The position numbers and the translations under genes are program-made. The notes beneath the pieces were generated by a model. The model was not told where the DNA came from, ran no database searches, and was given only the letters and a program-made list of their open reading frames with translations. A DNA stretch of 64,000 nt from Fistulifera solaris. Lineage: Eukaryota. Position 1 is the stretch's first letter. Each line of letters opens with the position of its first letter. Positions 51,043-61,947 of this stretch are shown here, in pieces. Location of the stretch: positions 124,001-188,000 of the forward strand of contig AP026125.1 of NCBI GenBank assembly GCA_030295235.1, given 5' to 3'.

Positions 51043-52230
51043 AACGCACTAGGTGAAAGCCTTTCATGATTATTTTGAGAGCTTATTTCCCGCCCCGGAA
51101 TCCATAGAATGTTTTAAAGATACACAAGTAGCATGTCTAATAATGTTTGCTTTCTTCCTTCTTCCTCATTACTCATTACTCATAACGTGATATATTTCAT
51201 ATCAGCCGTGTACAAGTACAAAAGATATGCACTGCGCTTTAAAAAAGTGAACACGAGCGCTCAAGATTCGTACAAGGCACAAGGCACATGCCTGGTGGCC
51301 TGGTTTATGGTGTGAAAGTAGACTTAGTTTGCTTTGCCTGCTGAATTTAACACTTAGTATTCTCTCAGCTCTCAGGTCACATGTCGCGTCTTTTGCTCCC
51401 AAACCTCGTCATTAATTGCAGGCTTAAAATGAAACTGCATCAAGCGAAGGCACCAAGCACATATTATTATAAAACAAAACAGTGCACATGTGCACATACA
51501 AGATACAAGCCATGCTAACTCCCAAATTTGAACTCTCCTCAAAGGAGGATCTTAACCTCGCTAGAGAGCTAGACTAGCCTCTTTTAATAGCTAGCTCAGC
51601 GCTCAGCGTCGTCTTCCTAAGGTTTTTTAGCGAAATCTAAAGCGAGAACGTTGAAACACGTTTTGAAAACGTGATGTACAGTGCTGTAGTAGATGTATCG
51701 GGCAAATGCAGCGTTTTTTTTTTATACAGCTGTAAAACTTTGGAGCGATTCGTGATTTCAGATTACAGTACTGTGTACTGTAGCATATTTTATTTAACGT
51801 CTAACGGAACGTCAATGAGCTTGTCAGAAAGCGAGTAAATTTGCCGTAAGGAGTTGCTTAATTAAGCCTTAGCTTAGCACTATTGCCTCCACGAGCGTCT
51901 CATTATCGCCTTTTCTTCTTTGTAGATGTCGAGAATACCATTTATCCAAATGAGAATTATAGCTCATATTGTCAGATAGTGAGCGGACAGAATGTCGTGT
52001 ATCAGCGTTACTGTTCATTCAATGGTCAACATATTCGCCGAAGAGGGCTTAACAAGAACCTAGTATTTGTTTCCTTAAGCCCCACCGTTTCCAGGGCTTT
52101 GTGCAGTTTTGTGCAGTCTCGAGTCTTGAGCCACCCAAACTATAAACCATTCGCATCGTCTCGCCACAAAACGAACCATCGGATTGCACAAACAACAATA
52201 AGTAAATCTAAACTTGATAATCAGTTGACC

Positions 52231-52899
52231 ATGCCACCCATCGTCTGGAATGACGGCGAATCCGCCGCTTCAGAATCGTCATTCGATAGAAGAGATCTGT
52301 TGTGCCAGAAGCGCGTACGATTTGATGATCGCTGCAATCGTGTCTTTTGGGTCTACTCGTTCCTGGACTTTCGATTCGACCTGTGGTACAGTCGCGCTGA
52401 ATACGAAGATATCATGGAAAAGAACTGGGACATTGTGGATCGAAAGACAAAAGGAGGATTCCGAGAAAGCCGGCACGACAGCTACCGTGGACTGGAACCT
52501 TTGACACAAGAGAAACCCATCTACATGAGTGCCGTCTTTGCTGTTATACAAGAACAGGAACGACTGTATCGGCAGGGCGCTTACTGTGCCGAAAAAATAG
52601 CACAAACGTCTCAAGTCATGTCACGCGAAGACAAACGCATTGCCTTGAAATACGCGGAGCAAGATTATTGCAGTGTGTACGGCAAGTCGAAAGCCACACA
52701 ATCCAAGATAGTGTCCGACGACAAGAGCATATCGTCGACTGTTTCTACATCATCAACCTCCACATCTTCCTTGTCACATTCGACGAAAGAGACACGAAAA
52801 GTATATGTATCGCCTATCCGACGAGTGAAGCGGTTACTGAACCCCAAAAAACACTCCGATACCCACAGAGTTATGCCACAAGGCATACCCATACTTTAA
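52231..52899 (+). CDS. Hypothetical protein of the diatom RVxF...WY...RGLE type
   Basis: KRVRF, LWYSRAEY, YRGLE, AVIQEQER and a Ser-rich tail; likely ATG at 52231. Confidence 0.7.
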   Translation: MPPIVWNDGESAASESSFDRRDLLCQKRVRFDDRCNRVFWVYSFLDFRFDLWYSRAEYEDIMEKNWDIVDRKTKGGFRESRHDSYRGLEPLTQEKPIYMSAVFAVIQEQERLYRQGAYCAEKIAQTSQVMSREDKRIALKYAEQDYCSVYGKSKATQSKIVSDDKSISSTVSTSSTSTSSLSHSTKETRKVYVSPIRRVKRLLNPKKHSDTHRVMPQGIPIL

Positions 52900-53214
52900 T
52901 CAATTTTCATAGTCGCAGTAGCCTGGTTAAATCATAGCTATACAATCTTTTGATATCATTTCTTGCGCATCGCTTCTAGCAATCTTCGGTCAAATCATCA
53001 TCATCCTTTCTATCGATACCGCGTTCGCGACGTAGCGGTATTCGCATCAGTTCTTTGATTTGCGATGCGTTGCGTTTTTTTGAGAAAGCCAGAAAATACA
53101 TTTGACATGACCATAGCTTTCATACCATTACAACTTAGCCTTTAATTTGTGCTAGTCGTCAGAAAAAAGGAAATCGGAACGTGCTGGATGGTACGGTTAT
53201 TCACTGAGTAACAA

Positions 53215-54812
53215 ATGACCAAGAAAGTTCGACTAATATGGCATCGTCGTGATTTGCGTTTACACGACAATGCACTGTATCAGGATAATACCATTCTCTA
53301 CAGTCTCTTTGTCTTGGATCCGGCTTTTACGGAACCCCGACCTTCGACTGTCTGTCAAGAATGGCAGACGGTTTGGATGGGACCTCATGCTCTGAGTGCT
53401 TTATTACATGCGCTGCAGAGTCTCCGAGAATCGTTGCGCGAATGCGGTAGTGATTTATGGATTCGTTCCGGTGATCCTGTGAAATGCATCTTGAATTTGG
53501 CTCGACAGCTGAAAGCTACGCAAGTGGCGTGGCACATCGAGGCAGGATGGTACGAAGAACAAGTATCACGACGATTACATGCGGCGTTGACGCGAACGGG
53601 GATCGAATGTATTGTATCCATGGGATGCAACTTGTATCATCCCGACGATCTACCGCAAACGGCACAGGAATGGAACATCAGTCAATCGTCGAAGTACAAG
53701 GAAAGTGAAAAGACGAAGCCTTTTACAGAATACCAAACGAATGGTTCGTCGCTCCTCCCATTGCAAGTTCCTCCGATAATGGGGAATTTTCGTACCGCGT
53801 GTCGCAATTTCGCTTCCGTGCGACGATCCCTGCCTGCACCTGTCACTATGAATACAGAGCCATCAACAGTGGAGCCGGGTGAAATTCCGACCCTGGCGTC
53901 ATTGTTAGAACCTCTTCTTCAACAGCAAGATGGAAATATTCTGGGGTTACGTCAAGTACAACTTCAACAAATCTGTGAGGCAGCAATAAAACGACACGAG
54001 GAAAATTCGAAGTGCCGAAAGGGCAGTGAGTTGTGGGCTTTGAAACGACTGGACTTCTTTTTAAGGAATCACGCGGCAACGGCCGATCGAAACCGAGCCG
54101 ATGTCGAGCTGAATCATTCCTCGAAATTGAGTCTACCGCTGGCGCTGGGATCCATCTCGCCTCGACGTGTCTACGAACAAGCTGTATTGCACAATTGTTC
54201 TTGGTTGATCAGTCATTTGGAAATGCGTGATTTCTTTCTCTTTACGGCGATGCAGGCGGGTTCAAAAATCTATAGAAGAGAAGGGCTACCGGTGAGGGCA
54301 TACACGGAAGAATGGCACTCTCCTCAACATCGACGTGAATTTTGGGAGAAATGGTCGTCAGGGACGACGGGATTTCCATTGGTCGACGCGGGGATGCGAG
54401 AATTGCAAGCCACGGGGTATTTTTCGAATCGAGTGCGACAGAACTGCGCCAGCTTTTGACGAAAGATCTAGAAATCGACTGGAGAGCGGGAGCCGATTTG
54501 TTTCAGTTCTTGTTGGAAGATCATTGTGTTGGGGCCAACTGGGGGAACTGGATGTATTTTTCGGGTGTAGGAAGTGATCCGAAGAACCGCCACTTTCGAA
54601 CTATATCACAAGCATTGCGTTATGATCCGACGGGGGCATACGTTACTCGCTGGATAGATGAACTGAAAGGTGCTGATATTAAGGAAGCCAGATTTCGGCC
54701 TTGGGGCTATCTAGCGGGATGGCGAACACCTGTCGTGAATCCCGCGACTCAACTCACATGGGACGACAGTCGGAAGTTGAAGGAAAAAGGCTATCTTTGT
54801 GACAACAAGTGA
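53215..54812 (+). CDS. Cryptochrome/photolyase family protein, CRY-DASH-like
   Basis: WHRRDLRLHDN, SSKLS..LALGSISPRRVY, GTTGFPLVDAGMREL, SNRVRQNCASF, DWRAGA, NWGNWMYFSGVGSDP; frameshift near 54457. Confidence 0.9.
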
Positions 54813-55587
54813 CGAAGCAAAGCAAGCAGATGGAAATTGGTTCTTCGTTGCATCTTTCTTGAAGCTAGCTATTTAGGGCCTCATATACTACGTATCTTTA
54901 TCTTCTTTTGAGTCGTTCCAAGTTTGCAGGGAAATTCTTAGAGAAATTAGTTGAATGGCCGACTAACACGGCCAAGATTGAGACACGTGTCGTGCGTCCT
55001 CTTCCATAAGGCGTACCGTCTTCAACGGATCGTACTATTCCTATGTGCCAGTAGTTCGAGCAAAGTATTTAGGAGGATTTTCTGACCTTTTTCGATACAG
55101 TAAAGTAGGATCAAAAAGGTATTGTACGATTGAGTGGACGAACAGTACAGTCTTATATCATTTTCTAAACGTTTCGGAATTGTAAATACTCCAAAGGCTT
55201 AACGCGTTATTACTCTAAAATCGAGAGTTATAATGACACGGTACTCAGTTTTCTACCGGCTCATAATGAAGAACGACAGATACTCTAAGTACATATCAGT
55301 ATAGGTTGTATTGTAGGATCTGATGGCGAGAAAATTCAACGGCTCGAAACGCCGTTGCCACATACTGCTCCTCCTCGCCTTTTTTTCCGTCACAACAACA
55401 ATCATCAGAGAACTTGGGTTGAGCCAAGCAAAGCGAATAACGCAATCTTGCTGGTTCATTTCAAGGCTGCTGACGACTCTTTTTGATACCTTCTTTTGCG
55501 ACCGAATTGATTTGAGCAAGAAGAGGTGGACCGTTTACGTAGCTACCGAATTGTTACGATCGATATCGAAAGATTCTGTTACAAAAA

Positions 55588-58104
55588 ATGGCCGCACACG
55601 ATCGTAAAAAATCAAAAGAAGACAATGCCCCTTCCTCTCATTTCCATGTCGACATAACACTTATCCTGTTTTGGGGAAGCATTGTTTCGGCGTCGCTGGT
55701 TGCTTTTGGAATTGGCTATTTTTCTCGTGTTTATTTGTTCACTTCATTGTCACCGAAAGTCAATATTTTACCATCTTCTCATGTTGTGCGGTCGGAAACG
55801 CTGCCACCACCATTGTTGGATAAATGCAAAGTGTTGCCACAATTTGTTTACACATCGAAGCATTATGAAACGGGCATTCGAACCACGAGTGATAATATGC
55901 TGGTCCGTCACCAGGCCAGCTCCGAGGACGTCGAGGCGTGTCCTTCTCCCGATGCGCAACCGGCAGACGAGGAAGAAGAACATCAACCGGCCGGTCAGCA
56001 CATGTTGGTGGATATTAAAAATGTCGACGGCAGTTTTTTGAATTCGGAACTGCGACTGGCGAATGCCATGGTCGAGTTGGTGCGAATGAGCGGTTTAACG
56101 ATGTTGTCGTATCACTGTCATGGATTGGATCCTGTGGGTGTCAGCTGTATCGGTGTTTTGTTGGAAAGTCACGTGTCCTTCCATACGTGGCCTATTGAAG
56201 GTGTCATTACGTTTGACTTGTTTACGTGTGGCCCAAAGTCGTTGATTCCGTATTTAGACACTATCAAGGAACTCTTTGGTGTCCCTCGTCAATTCGCTCT
56301 AAGTGGAGGTAGTACGGCGGATCAGCCTCACATGAACTGGTCGTACAAGAAACGAGGCTTCAAACGGGGCAGTAAAAGTAATGTCGATGAAACTACGGAT
56401 ATGAATATGTTCTTGTTGGGATGGATGGAATACGACATGAAGCAGATAGTGGCCGACGTTCAAACCGATTTTCAAACCATTGAAATTTACGACGTTCTCA
56501 ACCCTCGATTCCGTCATTTGGACTCTTACAAACGATCACTGGCCAACGATGGCTCGTATGAAGCGACTCATCCCGAGTTCTTCAAACCGGATCGCATTGT
56601 GTACATGGATCATATCATGCAATCTCGTTTGTTTGGTGAAGCTGCATACCATGAAGCACTCGTTCATCCTGCTCTCTTTGCTCACGCGAATCCTAAGCGA
56701 GTTGCTATTATTGGTGGAGGTGAAGGTGCGACGCTTCGTGAAGTATTGAAACACAATACCATTGAGCGTGTCACTATGATCGAAATCGATGAGAAGATGG
56801 TGCAAACGTCGCGCCAGTATTTGCCCGAATGGAATGACTGCAGCAATTTGGAAGGAAGTGCCGATTCTTGTTTTGACGATCCTCGGGCGGAAGTCTTTTA
56901 CACGGATGCCGTTCAGTGGTTCATGGATCGATACGGCGAGGGCAGCACCGACGATAAGTATGATGTGATCATTATGGATGCTCTGTACGTATATTCGAGA
57001 GATGTTCGACAAAGTTAACTTTGTTTCATTCCACTAACTCCAACTGTCGTAATTCTTCTTATATAATACAGAGATCCAAGTTCGGAGGTGGAATTTTCGG
57101 ACGTTCTGTACAACAACGACAAATTAGCCGCAGCTCTCTCTCGTGCCCTAGGTGATGATGGTATAATCATATCTCAGGTTGGCGAAGACGACTTTTTGTC
57201 TGATGCTGGCAGCCACATTTCGAAAAAGAAATCGGAGCAAACATTTATGAAACACCTGAGAAACAATGGATTCACTGCCGTGAAAGAATACTCGGAAGCT
57301 CACGGTAATTTCCATGGGGTTTGGCATTACGTAATTCTTTTTAAGGACCGAAAATCGCTGGCCAATTGGTACGCCAATGAAGCAGAAATTGATTTGAGAA
57401 TCCGGCAAAGAGGCATGAAAGTTAAGAATGATCCCTCGACGACACCATTCCGGTTTTTCGATGGTGCTACCATGATGGGCTACCAATATGCTACCCGTAT
57501 CAATGAAGAAGTGGCATGCCGCGGTATGCCCCGGGCCGCATTTTGTGAGCTACAGCATGGCTTTGATCCCATCAAAGAGAATACGCCAGCGTCTGCTTTG
57601 GAAGTAAAGCCAAGTCTAATACCGAATGGTGAGCAAGGGCTATTTCCGAAAGAGGTCATTCCCGAAGGAAGCTACGTTGCCATTGAAGAAAAGGTGAATG
57701 CTATCTTATCACCTCCATCCACCACAAAAATTATTCAGTCACTTCGAAGTCAAAGCGAGCCGCTGAAACCACTAGCTACCTATCTCTCTGAGTACGGTCA
57801 AGGACATACCTTTTATGGAATGTACGGCATGTCGGTTGATCCCAGTCGAATGCATTTTCTGAATTATGGTTGCGACAGCAATGGTGTTGTGGCGGATGCT
57901 TCCGCATTTGAGTCGTCCTTTTACAACCCGTATATCGATCGTAGTCACCTTTTGCTACTACGAGGAATGGAAACGGTAAACCGCGACGTACAAGAAGGTG
58001 AAGAATTGTTAGGCAACTTTTTCTCACTCCTAGTCGACAAGAACACCCAAAGCAGGAGAGCGCGTTATCGTGCTCAATGTCTCGCGGAGAATCCCGTGGC
58101 GTAA
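55588..58104 (+). CDS. AdoMet decarboxylase-aminopropyltransferase-SET fusion (putative long-chain polyamine synthase)
   Basis: N-terminal TM segment; GQHMLVD...LLESHVSFHTWP (pyruvoyl site); YHEALVHP, IIGGGEGATLREVLKH, DVIIMD; SET-like GLFPK...FLNYGC...GEELLGNF. Intron 56985-57071. Confidence 0.93.
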
Positions 58105-58366
58105 AATTGGCAGCATCGTTTCCATGGTGGCATGCATTACCCATAATCAGTTCATAGAGTGCAGTTTGGCTTCAAACGAATAAATATTAGCATTTTTTCG
58201 AATCAAATTGTGTTTAGAGGTAGTTTTAGGGGCAGCTAGTTGAGAGCGCCTTTTGATACAAGGATGACAGTGCATTCCATAGAGATTTCAAGTTCCGCTA
58301 CAGCGATTCATGAGTCTGTAAAAAAAAGACACTTCATTCATAAAACAATCGAAGAACTTTATTCCC

Positions 58367-59419
58367 TCATTCACGCCCCCAATTCCATACTCCCTCCAAA
58401 ATGCGACTCACCCGCGATCCACTGGCCCGCCCGAGCGGCACAATTTGTGGTTGGACGGGGACGTCTTCGAAACCCACCGTCACGGTCGGTCCATCTTCCT
58501 GCAAGGAGCCCCACTCCTGGTCTTCCAATTGCACCAATGATGATCGAATGGAAGGCACATTCGCGGATGATGCTGAGGAGTCCCGCGCTGCGGACGGTGC
58601 CTCCACCACGACTGTCCGCGCCGGCTGGGCCGCCCGGGGGAGCGGCGGATAATAGGAGGGTAAATACAGAGATTGTTCGACCGTCTCGGGTTCCTGGATT
58701 GTGTTGTCAGTCAATTTCACTTTTTTCGATACAGGTTCTTCCGACTCCTTGTCTCGTTTTCGTTTTTGGTTGTCATCGTCTTGGGGTAGTAGCGATCCCC
58801 AAGTTTGAAACAAAGTCTCCGGTAGATCGTCCGATACGGGTACTGTTGTATCGGATGTTTCGTTCATCATAACAGGTTTCTCAATGACAATGGTCTGCAG
58901 TTCCTCTTGAAGCAAGGAATGCGGATTGGCAATGAGCGCCGGATTTGCGACGACCGGAAAGTAGGGTATTTCTTCGGGATACGGCGCATACCATCCGGCG
59001 CGTGAAGCCGCACGGGGTCTCACTTTCCCACCTCCTCCTTCGGATCGTTCTTCTCGCTGTTCTTCTTGCATCCAATCGGGTCCGAACAAAAAAGCCGCCA
59101 ATCCTTTCCACGATGTATCGCTCGTCGTGACCGGATGATCGTCACTGGGACGATGATGCACTTGCGTGACGGCCGTTGTCGTACACAATTCCACTGCTCG
59201 CAAAGCATCCAATACATTTGCATGCGCACTCGATCGTCCCGAGGCTTCGACGGTATGACTGATGGTGCGTCCGAGACGTCCTAAAAATTCCAACAAGACA
59301 TCGCTTAACACATGCAAGGCTTCCGCCGTTAGGTCCGTCACACCCAAATGCAAGGCCGCCCGCGCGACGGCGCGTCGTGCAATGAGAGTGCAATACATAT
59401 TGTCCGATGCGTGTTGCAT
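58367..59419 (-). CDS. Bromodomain-associated histone-fold protein (TAF8/TAF3-like)
   Basis: RRAVARAALHLG...ALHVLSDVLLEFLGRLG...EASGRS...DALRA, followed by YLPSYYPPLP. Confidence 0.8.
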   Translation of the reverse strand: MQHASDNMYCTLIARRAVARAALHLGVTDLTAEALHVLSDVLLEFLGRLGRTISHTVEASGRSSAHANVLDALRAVELCTTTAVTQVHHRPSDDHPVTTSDTSWKGLAAFLFGPDWMQEEQREERSEGGGGKVRPRAASRAGWYAPYPEEIPYFPVVANPALIANPHSLLQEELQTIVIEKPVMMNETSDTTVPVSDDLPETLFQTWGSLLPQDDDNQKRKRDKESEEPVSKKVKLTDNTIQEPETVEQSLYLPSYYPPLPRAAQPARTVVVEAPSAARDSSASSANVPSIRSSLVQLEDQEWGSLQEDGPTVTVGFEDVPVQPQIVPLGRASGSRVSRILEGVWNWGRE

Positions 59420-59890
59420 AATTGAAAAAGAGAATGATGATAAGAAGAATATATTAGAACTGTTCTTGTTTCATCGAGTGGTATATTATGGCGTGCTGCG
59501 GTTTTGTGGTTGTGTGTGTAGAGTGTAATATCTAGTCGCCTTTGCAGTCACGAAAGAACGGGATCCATCACGAGAAGGTCATACCTTTCATAAAAACGAT
59601 TCTAAATAAATCGGACCGGTATTATTTGACGAAACAACATATGTACGGAGTACAACACATACTACGTACGGAGTACTCCGTATTATTATAGTCTTATTTA
59701 GCGCAAACAACGCGCGCGGAGCTGAGGAAAAAAACACCAATCGCAGGATGCTCTGCTTATTTGCAGGACGATGCAGGAGATAAAAGGCTATAAAAATACT
59801 ACAAAGAAGAAGAAAAATAAGAAGAACAAGAGCTCTTTCAAATCATACTACTAACAGCAACGGATCCTCTACTAATACCAGGTATCATTA

Positions 59891-61311
59891 TTATCCCAAA
59901 GTTGCTTTCTCATTGCGCATGGGCGTAAAATAAGGATTTCCTTTCCGTTCTCTCACTACCAAAAGTGTCACACCCCCGTCACCAAAAGAAAGGCGATTCC
60001 TAAGATTGCCATCAATACAATGGACCACGAAGGAATGGTCGATGAAGAAGAACGCATATTTTCTGTCACTTTGATGCGGGGACTATCTCCGATACGAACA
60101 TTGGATGTTCCGGGGCACATCGTCTCCAGATCCGTCTCATTCCAGACCGGAAAACGGGTGTAAACGCGGACACCACTTTGTGCCACGACTTCCTCGTTAC
60201 CACTCGTCGTATTCGCATTATTCATTGTGACCATGGAGAAATCCACGTGCGACAGTGGAATTTGACGTGCCAGTGCTACAAAGGCTTCGGCCAGATGGTA
60301 CGATAAGGCTCCCACACGGACACCGAGTGTACTGGCACTGAACGGGACCGAAAGTAAGGCACGATTTTGGACGGCCCGCAATTCACGAGTGATGGGATGT
60401 TGACACAATTTCGACAACTTTTCGTCGGCACGATCCCACGCGGCGTCCACCAACACAATGAAATCGGGGTCCTGTTCCGCCACATCGGTCCACGACACCG
60501 AATCCCAACTTTTCACGTCTTCCACACCCAAATCATCAAACACATTGACCGCCCCGGCATGTTCAAGAATCAGATTCACCGATCCGCAACAGGCACCGAC
60601 AAATGGAGTTTCGTCGTCCCAGCTGTCGAGCCACAAAACTCGAATGGGTGCGGAATTCAACGTTTTTCCGTATGCGGCCACTTCCCTGGCTTGTTCCAAG
60701 TGATCTTGTACGCTGTCGATCAAACGACGTGCTTGATCGTGGGCGTTGAAGATGTTGGCAATGTCCCAGATTTCGGCAAACAAACTTTCCATGCTGGCCG
60801 GTCGACGGTGTTCCTTGGTTTCACAGTACGGACTCTGGAGGTAGGTCTGTATGCCAAAGTCGTGCAGTTCCTTGCGACAGAACCAATCCGTTTGGTTGGT
60901 TCCGTCACTGTCCAGTGCGTGAATGGACAAGGAGCAGTTACCGATGTGGCGTGTATAATTCAAGCTTTCGCCCAGACGAAAGGCACTCGAGTACGATGCG
61001 AAAAGAAAGTCCGGTTGAACCGACATGAGTGTATCAATGTCGGGGTACGTTTCGGAAAGGACCGGAATCGTGGCGTACGATTTGGCCAATGCGGGCCAGA
61101 TTTCGTCGTCCAAATAGGCTGTCCCCACCATACGGTCCGATAGATTCATGGCCAGTAAAACCTCGGTGGTGCCTTGGTTCATGGTAACGGCTCTCTGCGG
61201 TGGAGATGCGATCCAATTGCTTTCTCCGCAGTTGGTCAATCCCACCGGATAGACAATGGCCTGGCACACAGTTAGAGCGAGGGCACTAGTGGTAATCGAT
61301 AGATGCGGCAT
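59891..61311 (-). CDS. Membrane-anchored Fe-siderophore/B12-type periplasmic binding protein (FBP1-like)
   Basis: Signal peptide; YPVGLTNCG, PPQRAVTMNQGTTEVLLAM...RMVGTAYLDD, PDFLFA, AGAVNVF, VSWTDVAEQDPDFIV; C-terminal TM. Correcting a frameshift near 59975 gives the tail RERKGNPYFTPM. Confidence 0.8.
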
Positions 61312-61795
61312 TTTGGAAGTATGGAGCATTACGGGAGCATCGTTTTGTGACACTTTTGTGGCTCGGTATTTTTGTTTCGTTGAGATCGTTTTGCATCCTT
61401 CAGGCCAATGTCGATTGGCAAGATCCATCAAACAGCCTTCATGATATTGAAGTCTCAAGAGCCTTCTGATTCGATTGCTATAGCATTGTGTGATGGACGC
61501 TTTAGCGACGACAAGTCAAATTATTTTTTAAAATGTAATGTTGTTCCATTCAACCGAATCTCAAAGCCTTTTTGAGGCTCTATAGCTAGAGCTAGACAAT
61601 AGGCCGTTTTCACTACCGATCCATAGTCAGCAACTTTAATTTCGAATGGCCTTGGATGATTGGATGAGTAGCCTCTTTTCTGAAGTCTAGGGTTTTTAAA
61701 GCTTTGTTGCTTTGAGCCTGTTTATTTGTCTAGCCGATCAAATGAACAACGGATAGTATAGTCCATTAAATAATGAAGCTGTGCTTTGTTTGTCG

Positions 61796-61803
61796 CACGT
61801 GCC
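61796..61803. promoter_or_regulatory. Candidate iron-responsive element CACGTGCC
   Basis: Matches, from recall, the CACGTG(T/C)C element described for Phaeodactylum iron-starvation promoters; about 485 bp upstream of the FBP1-like ATG. Confidence 0.4.
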
Positions 61804-61947
61804 GTATTCACTTCCATAAATACTGGTAAAATGTAATGCTGGGACGAATCACCTGGTCGCCTTGTTCGTAAATTCAGCTAGTGTCCTCGACATTATTTTT
61901 GTTTTAAAGTCATAGTTATAGCTAGCGCTACTTTTTATGCAAACAAT

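Noticed and set aside
51883..52230. N-terminal extension of the 338-aa ORF
   Set aside because: Starts at a non-ATG codon and reads like promoter/UTR; ATG 52231 fits better.
59891..61311. CBA1 cobalamin acquisition protein call
   Set aside because: The motifs fit bacterial Fe-siderophore-type binding proteins better; gene symbol left empty without a search.
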